The translations under genes were made by a program, and so were the position numbers. A stretch of 59,703 nt of DNA, the filler included. It is 7 parts of 7 records of this genome, joined end to end, with 100 filler letters (N's around TTAATTAATTAA, not from the genome) between each part and the next. Parts side by side here need not be neighbours in the genome. Positions count along the whole stretch, not along the records: positions 1 to 10,203 come from SRR2962707_4661; positions 10,304 to 26,391 come from SRR2962707_4663; 5 more parts are not named here. One strand, written 5' to 3'. The notes under the pieces are model-generated. The model made no database searches. It was not told the origin of the DNA and saw only the letters and a program-made list of their open reading frames with translations. Of this stretch, positions 1-10,304 are shown one piece after another (position 1 is the first letter of the stretch; each line of letters opens with the position of its first letter).

Positions 1-904
1 AACCGGTATCCAGGTGGTCTACACCACCTACGACAGCAACGAAGCCATGTATGCCCGGCTGAAACTGCTGGATGAGAGCGCCGCCTACGACCTGGCCGTG
101 CCCTCCACCTACTACGTGAGCAAGATGCGGCAGGAAGACCTGCTAATGCCCATCGATCGCAGCAAGATTGAAGGTTTCGATAACCTGGATCCGGAACTGG
201 TGAACCTGGATATCGACCCGGAAAACCAGTACAGCGTGCCCTACCTGTGGGGTACCACCGGCCTGGCCGTTGATACCGCGGATGTGGAAGGCGAAGTTAC
301 CGCCTGGGCTGATCTGTGGGATGAGCGCTTTGAAGGCCGGGTCATGCTGACCAACGACATGCGTGAAGTCTTTCACGTGGGCCTGCGGGTTCTGGGTTAC
401 TCCGGTAACAGTACTGACCCTCAGGAAATCGAGGAAGCCTATGAGAAGCTGACCGAGCTGATGCCGTCTGTGCGTACCTTTAACTCGGATGCCCCTCGCA
501 TGCCGTACCTGGAAGGTGAAACCGACGTGGGCATGATCTGGAACGGCGAAGCCGTCATGGGCCGCGATACCCTGGATTCCCTGGAATACGTGTATCCGGA
601 AGAAGGCATCATCGCCTGGCTGGACAGCTTCGTGATTCCCAAGAACGCCAAGAACCCGGAAGCCGCTCACCAGTTCATCAGCTTTGTGCTGCAGCCGGAA
701 ATCTCGGCCCTGATCAGCGAAGAGATCGGCTACGCCACGCCTAACCTGGCGGCCCGGGATCTGCTGGATGACACTGTCGCGAACGACCGTGCCAGCTACC
801 CCAACGCCACCGACATGATCAATGCCGAGTTCCAGACCGACATTGGTGACGAGGCGCTGCAGGTGTATGCCAAGTACTGGGAAATGCTGAAGTCCGGTCA
901 GTAA
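1..904 (+). CDS. potD: Spermidine/putrescine ABC transporter substrate-binding protein (PotD/PotF family), 5'-truncated at window edge
   Basis: ORF 14..904 is open to the edge; motifs YDSNEAMYA, YSVPYLWGTTGL, WADLWD, W.DSFVIPKNAKN.EAAH.FI.F are typical of PotD. Confidence 0.85.
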   Translation, partial: TGIQVVYTTYDSNEAMYARLKLLDESAAYDLAVPSTYYVSKMRQEDLLMPIDRSKIEGFDNLDPELVNLDIDPENQYSVPYLWGTTGLAVDTADVEGEVTAWADLWDERFEGRVMLTNDMREVFHVGLRVLGYSGNSTDPQEIEEAYEKLTELMPSVRTFNSDAPRMPYLEGETDVGMIWNGEAVMGRDTLDSLEYVYPEEGIIAWLDSFVIPKNAKNPEAAHQFISFVLQPEISALISEEIGYATPNLAARDLLDDTVANDRASYPNATDMINAEFQTDIGDEALQVYAKYWEMLKSGQ

Positions 905-929
905 GTCTGGTCAGGCTTAACAGCAATAG

Positions 930-957
930 AAAACGGAGGCTTCGGTCTCCGTTTTTT
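930..957 (+). terminator. Rho-independent terminator
   Basis: AAAACGGAGGC-TTCG-GTCTCCGTTTTTT hairpin plus T-tract just after the potD stop. Confidence 0.8.
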
Positions 958-1057
958 ATTGCCCGGGTTTCACAAAACTGAAATACATGGTCTATAACTT
1001 CCTGATAACAAAACGTTAGCGAATCCGCATCACACCGTTTCAGGGGAATGAACGACC

Positions 1058-2131
1058 ATGGCACTGCGCAAGACACGGATATCAGCACTGGCCACCCTGC
1101 TGGCCGCAACCACAGCTTCCGGCAACCTGCTGGCGGAAGAACTTCGCCTGATTACCTGGGGTGGCTACGCCCCGGATGAGGTGGTCGCCCAGTTCGAGGA
1201 AGAAACCGGAATTGATGTAAAGATCACCTTGTCCAACAACGAAGACATGATCTCCAAGCTTCGGGCCACCGGTGGCGCTGGCTTTGATCTGGCCCAGCCG
1301 AGCCAGGATCGCATCGTGGGTGTACAGCGCCAGTTCAACATCTACAAGCCCATTGATTACAGCCGCATCAATACCGGCCAGTTGCAGGCGTCGATGGTGA
1401 AGGCGACTCAGGAGTCGACGGCTCTGGATGGTCAATCCTACGGTGTGCCCTCGGTCTGGGGTACCAGTGGCCTGATTGTGCACAGTTCCGTCGCGGACAC
1501 CGTTACCGATTACACCGATCTGTGTGACCCGGCAGTGGCTGGCAAAGTGAGTTACCGCCTGAAGCGGCCGACGCTGATCGGCTTTGTCTTCGCCATGGGC
1601 ATGGATCCGTTTGCGGCCTATGAAGACCGGGACGAGTACCAGTCCATCATGGCGAAAGTGGAAGACAAACTGATCGACTGCAAAGACAACGTGAAAACCT
1701 ACTGGACCGGTGGCGACCAACTGCTGTCGCTGCTTCGTACCGGAGAAGTGACCGCTGCCATGGCCTGGGATGCCGGCGGCTGGAAGCTGAATGCGGAGAA
1801 CCCGGACATCCGCTTTGTGGCGCCGGAATCCGGAGCCCTGGGCTGGATTGATACCTTTGCCATACCGCGCCGCAGCGAGAACGAAGAGGCCGCCTACAAG
1901 TGGATAAACTTCGTGATGCAGCCGGAAATTGCGGCCAAAATCACCAATGCCTCCGGTAACTTCACCGCATCCAAAGGCGCCGACGAGTTTGTGAACGCCG
2001 AGCTGCGGGATGCCTATCGCCTGAGCTTCGATGAAGAAGCTATCAACAACATCAAATGGTATCCGCCAGTACCACCGGGGCTGGAAGCCATGGAAGGGCA
2101 GGTGCTGGATCGCGTCCAGGCGGCGAACTGA
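1058..2131 (+). CDS. Polyamine-family ABC transporter substrate-binding protein (second PotD/PotF-like)
   Basis: Signal peptide; LITWGGYAP..FEEETGI.V, YGVP.VWGTSGL, WIDTFAIP, AYKWINF. Confidence 0.8.
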   Translation: MALRKTRISALATLLAATTASGNLLAEELRLITWGGYAPDEVVAQFEEETGIDVKITLSNNEDMISKLRATGGAGFDLAQPSQDRIVGVQRQFNIYKPIDYSRINTGQLQASMVKATQESTALDGQSYGVPSVWGTSGLIVHSSVADTVTDYTDLCDPAVAGKVSYRLKRPTLIGFVFAMGMDPFAAYEDRDEYQSIMAKVEDKLIDCKDNVKTYWTGGDQLLSLLRTGEVTAAMAWDAGGWKLNAENPDIRFVAPESGALGWIDTFAIPRRSENEEAAYKWINFVMQPEIAAKITNASGNFTASKGADEFVNAELRDAYRLSFDEEAINNIKWYPPVPPGLEAMEGQVLDRVQAAN

Positions 2132-2136
2132 TCCTT

Positions 2137-3231
2137 ATGGCAACAGAGTCTGACCTGTCCTGCAGCGGACTGGTCCGCCGCTTTGGTAATAACGCGGCGG
2201 TGGACCATGTGTCGCTGGATGTTCCTGCGGGCACCTTTTTTTCCATTCTGGGGCCGTCGGGGTGTGGCAAGACCACCCTGCTGCGGCTGCTGGCAGGCTT
2301 CGACAAGCCGGATGAAGGGGATATCTTCATTCGCGGCCAGCGCATGAATGAGGTGCCGCCTAACAAGCGCCCGGTGAACATGGTGTTCCAGCACCTGGCG
2401 CTGTTCCCCACCATGTCCGTCGGTGACAACATTGGCTATGGCCTGAAACGCAAGAAGGTGCCCGCGGCCGAGCGCCGCAAGCGGATTGCACGGGTGCTGG
2501 AACAGGTGGGGCTGCCGGAACTGGAGAATCGCAATCCCCAGGAATTGTCGGGTGGCCAGCGCCAGCGCGTGGCCCTGGCCCGCTGCCTGGTGCTCGAACC
2601 CACCTTGTTGTTGCTGGATGAGCCTCTCGGTGCCCTGGATCTGAAACTTCGGGAGCAGATGAAGGTCGAGCTCAAACACCTGCAAAAGCAATTTGGCACC
2701 ACCTTTGTGTACATCACCCATGACCAGTCCGAAGCCATGGTGATGTCGGATCAGGTGGCGGTGATGAAAAATGGCCGCTTCGAGCAGGTGGCGCCGCCGG
2801 AGGAGCTTTACCGGCATCCGGCAACGCCGTTTGTCGCGGGGTTTGTCGGCGACAACAATCGCCTGGCGGGGACGGTGGTGTCCGTGGCCGATGATGTGGC
2901 GGCTGTTCGTCTGAGCGATGGTGCGGTGGTACGCGGTCGGGCTGCATCGGCGGGCCTGGCACCTGGTGCCCAGGCAGAATTGTACATTCGGCCGGAATCA
3001 TTGTCGTTTTCGCAAACGGCTGCGGTCGCGGGTTCCTCCTCACTGCAGACCCGAGTCCGGACCACGCTGTTTGATGGCGCCAACAGCCGGGTTGAAGTCG
3101 AAAGCAATGGCCAGGCACTATTTGCACGACTCCCCCAGGACGGCTCGGCGCCGGCGCTGACGCAGGACGGCCACCTTGAGCTGTCGTGGGATCCGGACCT
3201 GGCCCGGGTATTTGGAGCTGCGCACCAGTGA
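2137..3231 (+). CDS. Polyamine ABC transporter ATP-binding protein (PotA-like)
   Basis: Walker A GPSGCGKTT, LSGGQRQR, LLLLDEPL, YITHDQSEA, C-terminal TOBE-like region; start taken at ATG 2137, just after the upstream stop. Confidence 0.85.
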   Translation: MATESDLSCSGLVRRFGNNAAVDHVSLDVPAGTFFSILGPSGCGKTTLLRLLAGFDKPDEGDIFIRGQRMNEVPPNKRPVNMVFQHLALFPTMSVGDNIGYGLKRKKVPAAERRKRIARVLEQVGLPELENRNPQELSGGQRQRVALARCLVLEPTLLLLDEPLGALDLKLREQMKVELKHLQKQFGTTFVYITHDQSEAMVMSDQVAVMKNGRFEQVAPPEELYRHPATPFVAGFVGDNNRLAGTVVSVADDVAAVRLSDGAVVRGRAASAGLAPGAQAELYIRPESLSFSQTAAVAGSSSLQTRVRTTLFDGANSRVEVESNGQALFARLPQDGSAPALTQDGHLELSWDPDLARVFGAAHQ

Positions 3232-4088
3232 ATAGCTCGGTTAGCCGTTTCTCGCTGTGGCTGTTACTGGCGCCTTTCCTGCTCTGGGTAGTGCTATTGG
3301 TGCTGGTGCCCCATCTGCAGATGTTGCGGGTGTCGTTCCAGGTACGGGAAAGCTGGGATACCCTGGCCTGGGGGCTGGAGCAGTACCAGAATTTCTTCAG
3401 TGAATCCTACTACTGGCGTACCTTCGTGCGTACCGGGCTCATGTCCCTGTTCACCACCTTCCTCACCCTGCTGATTGCCTTTCCCATTGCCTGGTACATT
3501 GCCCGCCTGGCTCGGGGGAGGAGCAAGGGTATTCTGTTCCTGGCTTGCCTGATCCCGTTCTGGGCCAGCGAGTTGGTGCGTACCTACGGCTGGATGATCC
3601 TGTTGCGGGAGAGCGGCCTGTTCAGTTCCTGGCTGCAGGCGCTGGGCTGGGTGGATGGCCCGGTGGAGATGCTCTACAACGATGTCGCGGTGATCATCGG
3701 CCTGGTCTACAACGGCCTGCTGTTTATGGTGGTGCCGCTGGTGACCACGCTCGACGGCATGGACGAGAACCTGGTCGAGGCCGGCTACGATCTGGGTGGC
3801 GGCCACGGTACCGTGCTGCGGGAGGTGGTGATTCCCTGGGCCATGCCGGGCATTGTCTCCGGCTGTATTGTGGTGTTCATGCTCACCCTGGGCAGTTACC
3901 TCACGCCGATTCTGATGGGGGGCAAAGACAGTGCCTGGTTTACTCAGCAGATTTTCACCCAGTTCATCACCCGGTTTAACTGGGAGCAGGGGGCTGCTTT
4001 GGGGGTCTTGCTACTGGTATTGTCGTCGCTGCTGGTCTGGCTGGGCCTGAAGCTGACCGGGCAATCCCTGCGCAAGGTTATGGGGTGA
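3228..4088 (+). CDS. Polyamine ABC permease (PotB-like)
   Basis: Multi-TM; PFW.SELVRTYGW and EAA loop LVEAGYDLG; GTG start overlaps the upstream stop (GTGA). Confidence 0.85.
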   Translation: MNSSVSRFSLWLLLAPFLLWVVLLVLVPHLQMLRVSFQVRESWDTLAWGLEQYQNFFSESYYWRTFVRTGLMSLFTTFLTLLIAFPIAWYIARLARGRSKGILFLACLIPFWASELVRTYGWMILLRESGLFSSWLQALGWVDGPVEMLYNDVAVIIGLVYNGLLFMVVPLVTTLDGMDENLVEAGYDLGGGHGTVLREVVIPWAMPGIVSGCIVVFMLTLGSYLTPILMGGKDSAWFTQQIFTQFITRFNWEQGAALGVLLLVLSSLLVWLGLKLTGQSLRKVMG

Positions 4089-4092
4089 TGTC

Positions 4093-4941
4093 ATGATCCG
4101 TTCTGTACCTCGGTCCCGGTTGTTTGATGCCCTTTACCTGAGCTATCTGTTGGCCTTTTTCCTGTATCTTGCGTTGCCTTTGCTGGTGACGGCCGTGTTC
4201 GCATTCAACGACTCTCCGTTCCCGTCATTACCCTGGCAGGGCTTTACCCTGGACTGGTATCTGGCCGACGGCACCGACGGGCGTACCGGGCTTTTTCATG
4301 ACGACGGCTTGCTCAGTGCGCTCTGGGTCAGTACCAAAATCGCGTTCTGGGTGACGTTGGTCAGTGTGGGGCTTGGCTGCGTGAATGCGGTATTGTTCGA
4401 GCGGGTGGAGTTTCGCGGCAAGGAGCTGCTGTATCTGTTGATGCTGCTGCCGCTGGTGATTCCGGGCGTGATTCTCGGGGTATCCATTCTGGTGTTCTAC
4501 AGTGGCATGGCCAACGATGTCTCCCGCTTGTGGGGTATCGAGCTGGACTTGTTCCGGCCGGGGCTGACATTGGTGGTGATGGGGCAGGTCACCTTCATTG
4601 CCACCCTGGCTACTCTGGTGATTGCGGCCAGGCTGCGCAAATTCGACCGACAGCTGGAAGAGGCTGCCCTCAATCTGGGTGCCACGCCGGTTGTGGCGTG
4701 GTTCACGGTTACCCTGCCGTGGCTGCTTCCCTCCATCCTCGGGGCCGCGGCAATGGCGTTTTTGATGTCCTTCGAAAACTTCAATACCACGGTCATGCTC
4801 ACCGGTAGTGATACCCCGCTCACCGTGGCCCTGTTCAATCGTCTGCGGGAAGGCTCAACGCCGGTGTTGAACGCGGTGGCGCTGTTTCTGATGCTGGTGT
4901 CTGCGTTGCTTGCGCTGTTTACCCTCCGACAAAAAAGTTGA
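4093..4941 (+). CDS. Polyamine ABC permease (PotC-like)
   Basis: Multi-TM; GFTLDWY, LEEAALNLGA EAA loop, P.LNAVA. Confidence 0.85.
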   Translation: MIRSVPRSRLFDALYLSYLLAFFLYLALPLLVTAVFAFNDSPFPSLPWQGFTLDWYLADGTDGRTGLFHDDGLLSALWVSTKIAFWVTLVSVGLGCVNAVLFERVEFRGKELLYLLMLLPLVIPGVILGVSILVFYSGMANDVSRLWGIELDLFRPGLTLVVMGQVTFIATLATLVIAARLRKFDRQLEEAALNLGATPVVAWFTVTLPWLLPSILGAAAMAFLMSFENFNTTVMLTGSDTPLTVALFNRLREGSTPVLNAVALFLMLVSALLALFTLRQKS

Positions 4942-7244
4942 GAAAGTTCTGTATCTGGCGTTTACGGTTTATACTGGAACGATCACTCCTGAAAGCGGGT
5001 TCTGCTTTGCACGCGTCCACTTGTCGCATCAGATTTCTGCTGGTGATCATCGCCCTCGGGGTCTGTCTGTCCCAGCCTGGATTTGCCGCTATCCAGCCGG
5101 TGGATGAGGGATGGCAGTATCGCTGGGGTGATTCCCCGTTTTTGCCTGATGGCACGCCATTGTGGATCCTTGAAGACTCTCCACAACACTGGCACGACAT
5201 TGGTTTTCCATCGAACCCTCCTGGCCGCGATGGTCGTGAGCATGCCTGGTTCAGGGTGCAATTGCCGGAAGGTAGCTGGTACCAGCCTGTCCTTTATGTT
5301 TATAGCGTCGACATCATTGTGCAGGCCTGGTTTCGGGGTGAATTGCTCTATCAATATGGCACCTTTGACCAAGAGGGAAGGGGCCGTTTTGAGGGATGGC
5401 CCTGGCATGAAATACGGCTACCCGAGGATTATCAGGGAGAGACGCTCTATTTCCGGATATTCTCGAATTACACCGACATAGGGTTATGGGGGGAGGTCGG
5501 GATTACCGATCATGCCGATCTGACGGTATACCTCCTCGGGGGATCTGCTGAGGAACTGGTAGTCTCGGCATTGTCGGCTCTGATAGCTTTTCTGGCTCTG
5601 GTGTTCGCCGTAATCCAAAGGGGCCAGCGCAGTTTCGCCAGCATTGCTCTGTTTTCATTCCTGACCTCGGTGATGCTGTTGGCTGAGAGCCAGGCGAGCT
5701 TGTTGATTGCTTACAAACCTTTGTTGTGGGACTACCTCGCGGCCGGCTCTTACTACCTGATTCCTATGGCGTTGGCCTTGTTGTTGCGGCAATGGCTAGG
5801 CGCTGCACGTCCGGTGCTGATCAGTTGGCTGGTGTGGATTCATCTTGGATTGGCGGTGAGCGCCCTGGCCCTGGCGTTGGTCGGCGCGGTCGACCTTTCT
5901 TCGACCTTCCCGGTGTTTGATGTGTTGCTTCTGGTCTCGCTGGTGGTGATGGCTGGCGCTGTGTTGCCGCGCTTTCGTGTGCTGTTCGGGGAGCAGCAGG
6001 TGCTGGTGGTGGCTTGTGGTGGGCTGGCGGTGCTGCTGATTGTTGATATGGCCGTTGCTCACGGGTTCTTGCCCTGGGGCCGGGTGCCGGTGAGCTGGGG
6101 AGCGCTGGGTTTCTCGCTGGCGGTGGTCAGTATTTCGGTCTGGCACTACGGCAAGACCCAGAAAGAGCTCCAGCAACTGAACGTCCGGCTGGAACAGAAG
6201 GTTCGGGAGCGCACCGCCCGTGCTGAGTCGCTGGCAGAAAGAGAAGTCGCCAGGGCCCGCTTGTTGGCACTGGAAAGCAAGAAAAGCCAGAAACTGGCGG
6301 ATGTGATTGCGGCTCTGCAGGATTGCGCCGGCATTGAGGAAGCGTTCGAGCCCCTGGTAAGAGCCATGCCGGAGCTCTACCTGCCCATGACCGGTTGTTT
6401 CTATCGAAGAGGCATCGATGGGCAGTACGACCGAGTGGTTCACTGGGGCGGTACCCCGGAGGATGTGTTCCCGGCGTCACTGGGGGCGAACCTGTCCGTC
6501 CTGACCGAAACCGTACTCCCGGTACGCAGTTACTATTTACCGGCTCAGATGTGCTTTTTCCTGCGGATAGAGTCTGCCCGCTCCGGCAATCGGCCTGAAG
6601 GGGTGTTGATGCTGGAGCGCCCGGACCTGCCGCCAGTGGTGAAAGACTATGGCATCGCAAGGGTGATTTCCTGGGTATACCAGTCGGTTGAGAAAATTGG
6701 CATTACCCTGTCTGGGCTGGCCTTGAGGGCTGAATTGCAACGATTCTCCTATGAGGATAGCCTGACCGGACTGAAAAATCGTCGCTACTTTGATGAACTC
6801 TTTCGCCATGAGCGGGAAGTCTCGGCTCGTTCTGATCGGCCGCTATGCCTGCTGATTTTCGATATTGATCACTTCAAACTTTTCAACGACTGTCATGGCC
6901 ACGAGGCCGGTGATCAGGCGCTGAGAATGGTCGGTGACGTGCTCGCTACCTGTTTTCGCGGCAGTGATACCGTTTGCCGTTATGGTGGTGAGGAGTTTTC
7001 GGTGCTGATGCCCGGGGCGTCCCTTGATGAGGCCCGGCAAAGGGCCGAGCAACTGCGGGCGGCCATCTCAGCCGAGCCAGTGGAACATCGGGGTGAAAAC
7101 CTGGGGAGCCTGACCATTTCAGCAGGCATTGCTTGCTGGCGGGAGAATTGTCCGGAGTTCGACGAGCTGTTCCGGGCCGCCGACCAGGCTCTGTACCAGG
7201 CCAAGGAAACGGGCCGCAACCGAGTAGTTGCGGCCACGCTCTGA
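4938..7244 (+). CDS. Membrane-bound diguanylate cyclase (periplasmic beta domain, about 7 TM, coiled coil, GAF-like, GGDEF); start uncertain
   Basis: C-terminal DSLTGLKNRR, DIDHFK.FND.HGH..GD, RYGGEEF, ADQALYQAK..GRNRV; hydrophobic helices in the middle. Confidence 0.85.
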   Translation: MRKFCIWRLRFILERSLLKAGSALHASTCRIRFLLVIIALGVCLSQPGFAAIQPVDEGWQYRWGDSPFLPDGTPLWILEDSPQHWHDIGFPSNPPGRDGREHAWFRVQLPEGSWYQPVLYVYSVDIIVQAWFRGELLYQYGTFDQEGRGRFEGWPWHEIRLPEDYQGETLYFRIFSNYTDIGLWGEVGITDHADLTVYLLGGSAEELVVSALSALIAFLALVFAVIQRGQRSFASIALFSFLTSVMLLAESQASLLIAYKPLLWDYLAAGSYYLIPMALALLLRQWLGAARPVLISWLVWIHLGLAVSALALALVGAVDLSSTFPVFDVLLLVSLVVMAGAVLPRFRVLFGEQQVLVVACGGLAVLLIVDMAVAHGFLPWGRVPVSWGALGFSLAVVSISVWHYGKTQKELQQLNVRLEQKVRERTARAESLAEREVARARLLALESKKSQKLADVIAALQDCAGIEEAFEPLVRAMPELYLPMTGCFYRRGIDGQYDRVVHWGGTPEDVFPASLGANLSVLTETVLPVRSYYLPAQMCFFLRIESARSGNRPEGVLMLERPDLPPVVKDYGIARVISWVYQSVEKIGITLSGLALRAELQRFSYEDSLTGLKNRRYFDELFRHEREVSARSDRPLCLLIFDIDHFKLFNDCHGHEAGDQALRMVGDVLATCFRGSDTVCRYGGEEFSVLMPGASLDEARQRAEQLRAAISAEPVEHRGENLGSLTISAGIACWRENCPEFDELFRAADQALYQAKETGRNRVVAATL

Positions 7245-7246
7245 CA

Positions 7247-8659
7247 TCAATGCCAGATATTGCTGTCGATCTTTTCGTGCAGCTCAGGATAGTCCTTGGA
7301 CTTGAAGTGCGGCACCAGGCCTTCTTTGCGCTGAGCCAGGTAATCTTTGGTCAGCTTCACAACCGTGCCGGACAACAGAACGATAGCAATCAGGTTGATG
7401 GTGGCCATCAGCCCCATGGATGCGTCCGCCGCATTGAATACCGTGACCACCGCTTCGTAGCCACCCCAGATCACCATGCCCAGCGCAGCGAGCCGCAACA
7501 GGGTCAAGCCCAGAGTGTTGCCGCCGCGCAGGTAGATCAAAGCGTTCTCGGCGTAGGTGTAATTGGCGACAATGGAGGTGAAGGCGAAGAACAGAATCGC
7601 GATGGCGATAAAGTAGCCCCCGAACTCACCCAGGTGTACTTCCATGGCCTGTTGGGTCAACTGGGTGCCGGTGACGCCGGAACCCGGCTCCAGAACGCCA
7701 GCCAACAGGATCATCACGGCCGTCGCCGTACAGACAATGATGGTATCGATGAACACACCGAATGCCTGAACCAGACCCTGTGAAGAGGGATGGTGCGGAG
7801 CCGGGGTTGCGGTCGCGGCAATGTTGGGTGCCGAGCCCATACCGGCTTCGTTGGAGAACAGGCCGCGTTTGATACCATTCAGCATGGCAGCAGTAATGGA
7901 GCCTGCCGCGCCGCCGGCGGCCTCTTCCAGGCCAAAGGCACTTTTTACGATCAGCGCCAGAATGCCCGGAACTTCGGTAATGTTCATGGCCATCACGCCC
8001 AGTGCCAGCAGTACGTAGGCGCCGGCCATGAACGGCACGACAAACTCAGCGAAGCGAACGATCTTGCGCAGACCGCCAAAGATGACAATGCCGGCAAGAG
8101 CCGCGATGACGACGCCGACACCGAGCTTGGGCACACCAAAGGCGCCCTGCATGGCATCGGCAATGGAGTTGGCCTGTACGGCGTTGAAAACCAGGCCGAA
8201 GGAGATAATCAGGCAGACCGCGAAAATGGCCGCAGCCCAGGGCGCTTTCAGGCCTTTGGCAATGTACACCGCCGGGCCTCCCCGATACTGGCCCTTGCCG
8301 TCGCGAACCTTGTACAGCTGGGCCAGAGTGCTTTCCGCATAACCGGTGGCCATACCGACAAGGGCTACCATCCACATCCAGAAAATGGCACCGGCACCGC
8401 CCAGGTACAGGGCAACCGCAACCCCGGCAAGGTTACCGGTACCCACCCGGGAGGCCAGGCTGGTGCACAGGGCCTGGAACGGAGAAATCCCGTGTACATC
8501 GCTTTCCCGGGAGCCACGGATGGCGCGGACCATTTCGCCGAAATTGACGAACTGAAGGAAGCCCAGACGGATGGTAAAGAAGACACCTACGGCAAGCAGG
8601 CCATAGACGAGGACATAGCCCCAGAGGATCGAGTTGAGAAAATCAACAATTGCAGTCAT
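7247..8659 (-). CDS. Alanine/glycine:cation symporter (AGCS family)
   Basis: ISPFQAL, RVGTGNLAGVA, GAIFWMW, GGPA.YI, KRGLFSNEAGMGSAP, FIDTIIVCTAT. Confidence 0.9.
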   Translation of the reverse strand: MTAIVDFLNSILWGYVLVYGLLAVGVFFTIRLGFLQFVNFGEMVRAIRGSRESDVHGISPFQALCTSLASRVGTGNLAGVAVALYLGGAGAIFWMWMVALVGMATGYAESTLAQLYKVRDGKGQYRGGPAVYIAKGLKAPWAAAIFAVCLIISFGLVFNAVQANSIADAMQGAFGVPKLGVGVVIAALAGIVIFGGLRKIVRFAEFVVPFMAGAYVLLALGVMAMNITEVPGILALIVKSAFGLEEAAGGAAGSITAAMLNGIKRGLFSNEAGMGSAPNIAATATPAPHHPSSQGLVQAFGVFIDTIIVCTATAVMILLAGVLEPGSGVTGTQLTQQAMEVHLGEFGGYFIAIAILFFAFTSIVANYTYAENALIYLRGGNTLGLTLLRLAALGMVIWGGYEAVVTVFNAADASMGLMATINLIAIVLLSGTVVKLTKDYLAQRKEGLVPHFKSKDYPELHEKIDSNIWH

Positions 8660-8808
8660 GGCTAGACGCCTTGTGATTTGTGAATGAGAAGTAATCCGAG
8701 GCGAGGCAGTCTAGCACGGTGAAAAATCAAGCAGACTGCGGAAATCCGTGATTGCCGGACAGCAAGGAATATGCTGTCCGGCGGTACTGCGGGGAGGGTT
8801 TCGCCGGT

Positions 8809-9252
8809 TCAGACCACCAGCACCGGGCACTTGGCCTGGGAGGCAACCCGGTGCGAGACGCTGCCCAGAAAGGTGCCGTCCTTGTCGCTGTTGGTGCCCT
8901 TGGTGCCCACTACAATCAGGTCGGCCTCCTTGTCCTGGGCAAATTTCACAATCACCTTCGAGGGCCGGCCGGCTTTGACGAAACCGCGTACCTTGGTGGC
9001 GCCATGCTCTTTGGCCAGCTCCTTGGCGTGGTTCACTACGCCTTTGGCATACTCAGACAGCACCTTGTCCGGAATGTCCATGTCGTCGGGCCTTCCGATA
9101 GACAACGACGCCTCAAACAGGCTGTGATGCTTGTACACACAGAGGATGTAGATCTCGGCGTCCGGGATCAGTTTCTGCAGTTCAATGGCTTTATCCAGTG
9201 CCTTGAGTGAGGTTTTGGAACCATCCACAGCGGCCAGAATCCGTTTAAACAT
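8809..9252 (-). CDS. teaD: Universal stress protein, TeaD-like regulator of the ectoine TRAP transporter
   Basis: 147 aa USP (RILAAVDGS...LGSVSHRV....CPVLVV) with the TeaD-like segment KHHSLFEASLS; directly downstream of a TRAP large permease. Confidence 0.8.
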   Translation of the reverse strand: MFKRILAAVDGSKTSLKALDKAIELQKLIPDAEIYILCVYKHHSLFEASLSIGRPDDMDIPDKVLSEYAKGVVNHAKELAKEHGATKVRGFVKAGRPSKVIVKFAQDKEADLIVVGTKGTNSDKDGTFLGSVSHRVASQAKCPVLVV

Positions 9253-9282
9253 GTTGTTCTCCTTTGATCAGTGGCTGTGGAT

Positions 9283-10203
9283 CTAGTCCCTGAACGCGAT
9301 GTCACGCAGGAACAGGGCAATATCCGGGAAGGCGATGATCAGGCCGGCAGCCGCCACCAGCATGAATATGAACGGAGGCGTACCCCGGATAACTTCCATG
9401 TAGGGCCGTTTGAAGATGGCAATGGCGGTGAAAATGTCGCAGCCAAAGGGTGGCGTGGCAGAACCGATGGCCACCTGCAGGGTAATCAGCACACCGACAA
9501 GCACCGGATCCAGCCCGGTGGCCTGAATGGCGGGCGCAAAGATCGGTGTCAGCACCAGGATAACCACGATGGGATCGACGAACATACAGGCGACGAAGAA
9601 GGCCACACAGATGGCAATCAGCACGCCCACAGGCCCGGCCTCGTTGACGCCCACCGCTTCCAGGATGGCCTGGGGAATCTGGGCAAAGGAAATGATCCAG
9701 GAGAAACCATTACCCACGGCCACCAGAATGAACACCACAGCCGTGATCAGCCCGGTGGATTTGGCAATCTTGTAAATGTCGTTCAGTTTCAGCGACCGGA
9801 AGACCACAAATTCCAGCAAGAAGGCGTAGAGCACGCAGACTGCAGCTGCCTCGGTGGGACTGAAAATACCACCGTAGATACCACCGACAATGATCACCGG
9901 GAACATCAGGGGCCAGGAGGCATCCCTGACTGACATCGCCCGTTCTTTCCAGCTGGCCTTGGCTTCAGTTGGAACATCGTTCTTGTAGGCGTAGATCAGG
10001 CAGTAGATCGAGAACATGAACAAAATCAGGAAGCCCGGGCCGATGCCCGCAATGAACAGTTCGGCAATGGAGGTTTCCGAGATGACCCCGTAGATGATCA
10101 TGCCGATGCTGGGAGGGATCAGGAAGGCGATATCACTGGCGTTGATAATCAGAGCCAACGTGAAGGGATCGGAGTAGCCAGCCTTGAGCATTTTCGGGCG
10201 CAG
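9283..10203 (-). CDS. teaC: TRAP transporter large permease (DctM/TeaC-like), 5'-truncated by contig end
   Basis: LIPPSIGMIIYG, GIFSPTEAA, TPPFGCDIF; synteny with teaD. Confidence 0.75.
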   Translation of the reverse strand: MRPKMLKAGYSDPFTLALIINASDIAFLIPPSIGMIIYGVISETSIAELFIAGIGPGFLILFMFSIYCLIYAYKNDVPTEAKASWKERAMSVRDASWPLMFPVIIVGGIYGGIFSPTEAAAVCVLYAFLLEFVVFRSLKLNDIYKIAKSTGLITAVVFILVAVGNGFSWIISFAQIPQAILEAVGVNEAGPVGVLIAICVAFFVACMFVDPIVVILVLTPIFAPAIQATGLDPVLVGVLITLQVAIGSATPPFGCDIFTAIAIFKRPYMEVIRGTPPFIFMLVAAAGLIIAFPDIALFLRDIAFRD

Positions 10204-10303
10204 NNNNNNNNNNNNNNNNNNNNNNNNNNNNNNNNNNNNNNNNNNNNTTAATTAATTAANNNNNNNNNNNNNNNNNNNNNNNNNNNNNNNNNNNNNNNNN
10301 NNN
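10204..10303. other. Artificial contig-joining spacer
   Basis: N44-TTAATTAATTAA-N44; stop codons in all six frames. Confidence 0.98.
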
Positions 10304-10304
10304 G

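Noticed and set aside
10248-10259. TTAATTAATTAA palindrome as a biological site
   Set aside because: Identical in all six N-spacers; it is a six-frame stop linker
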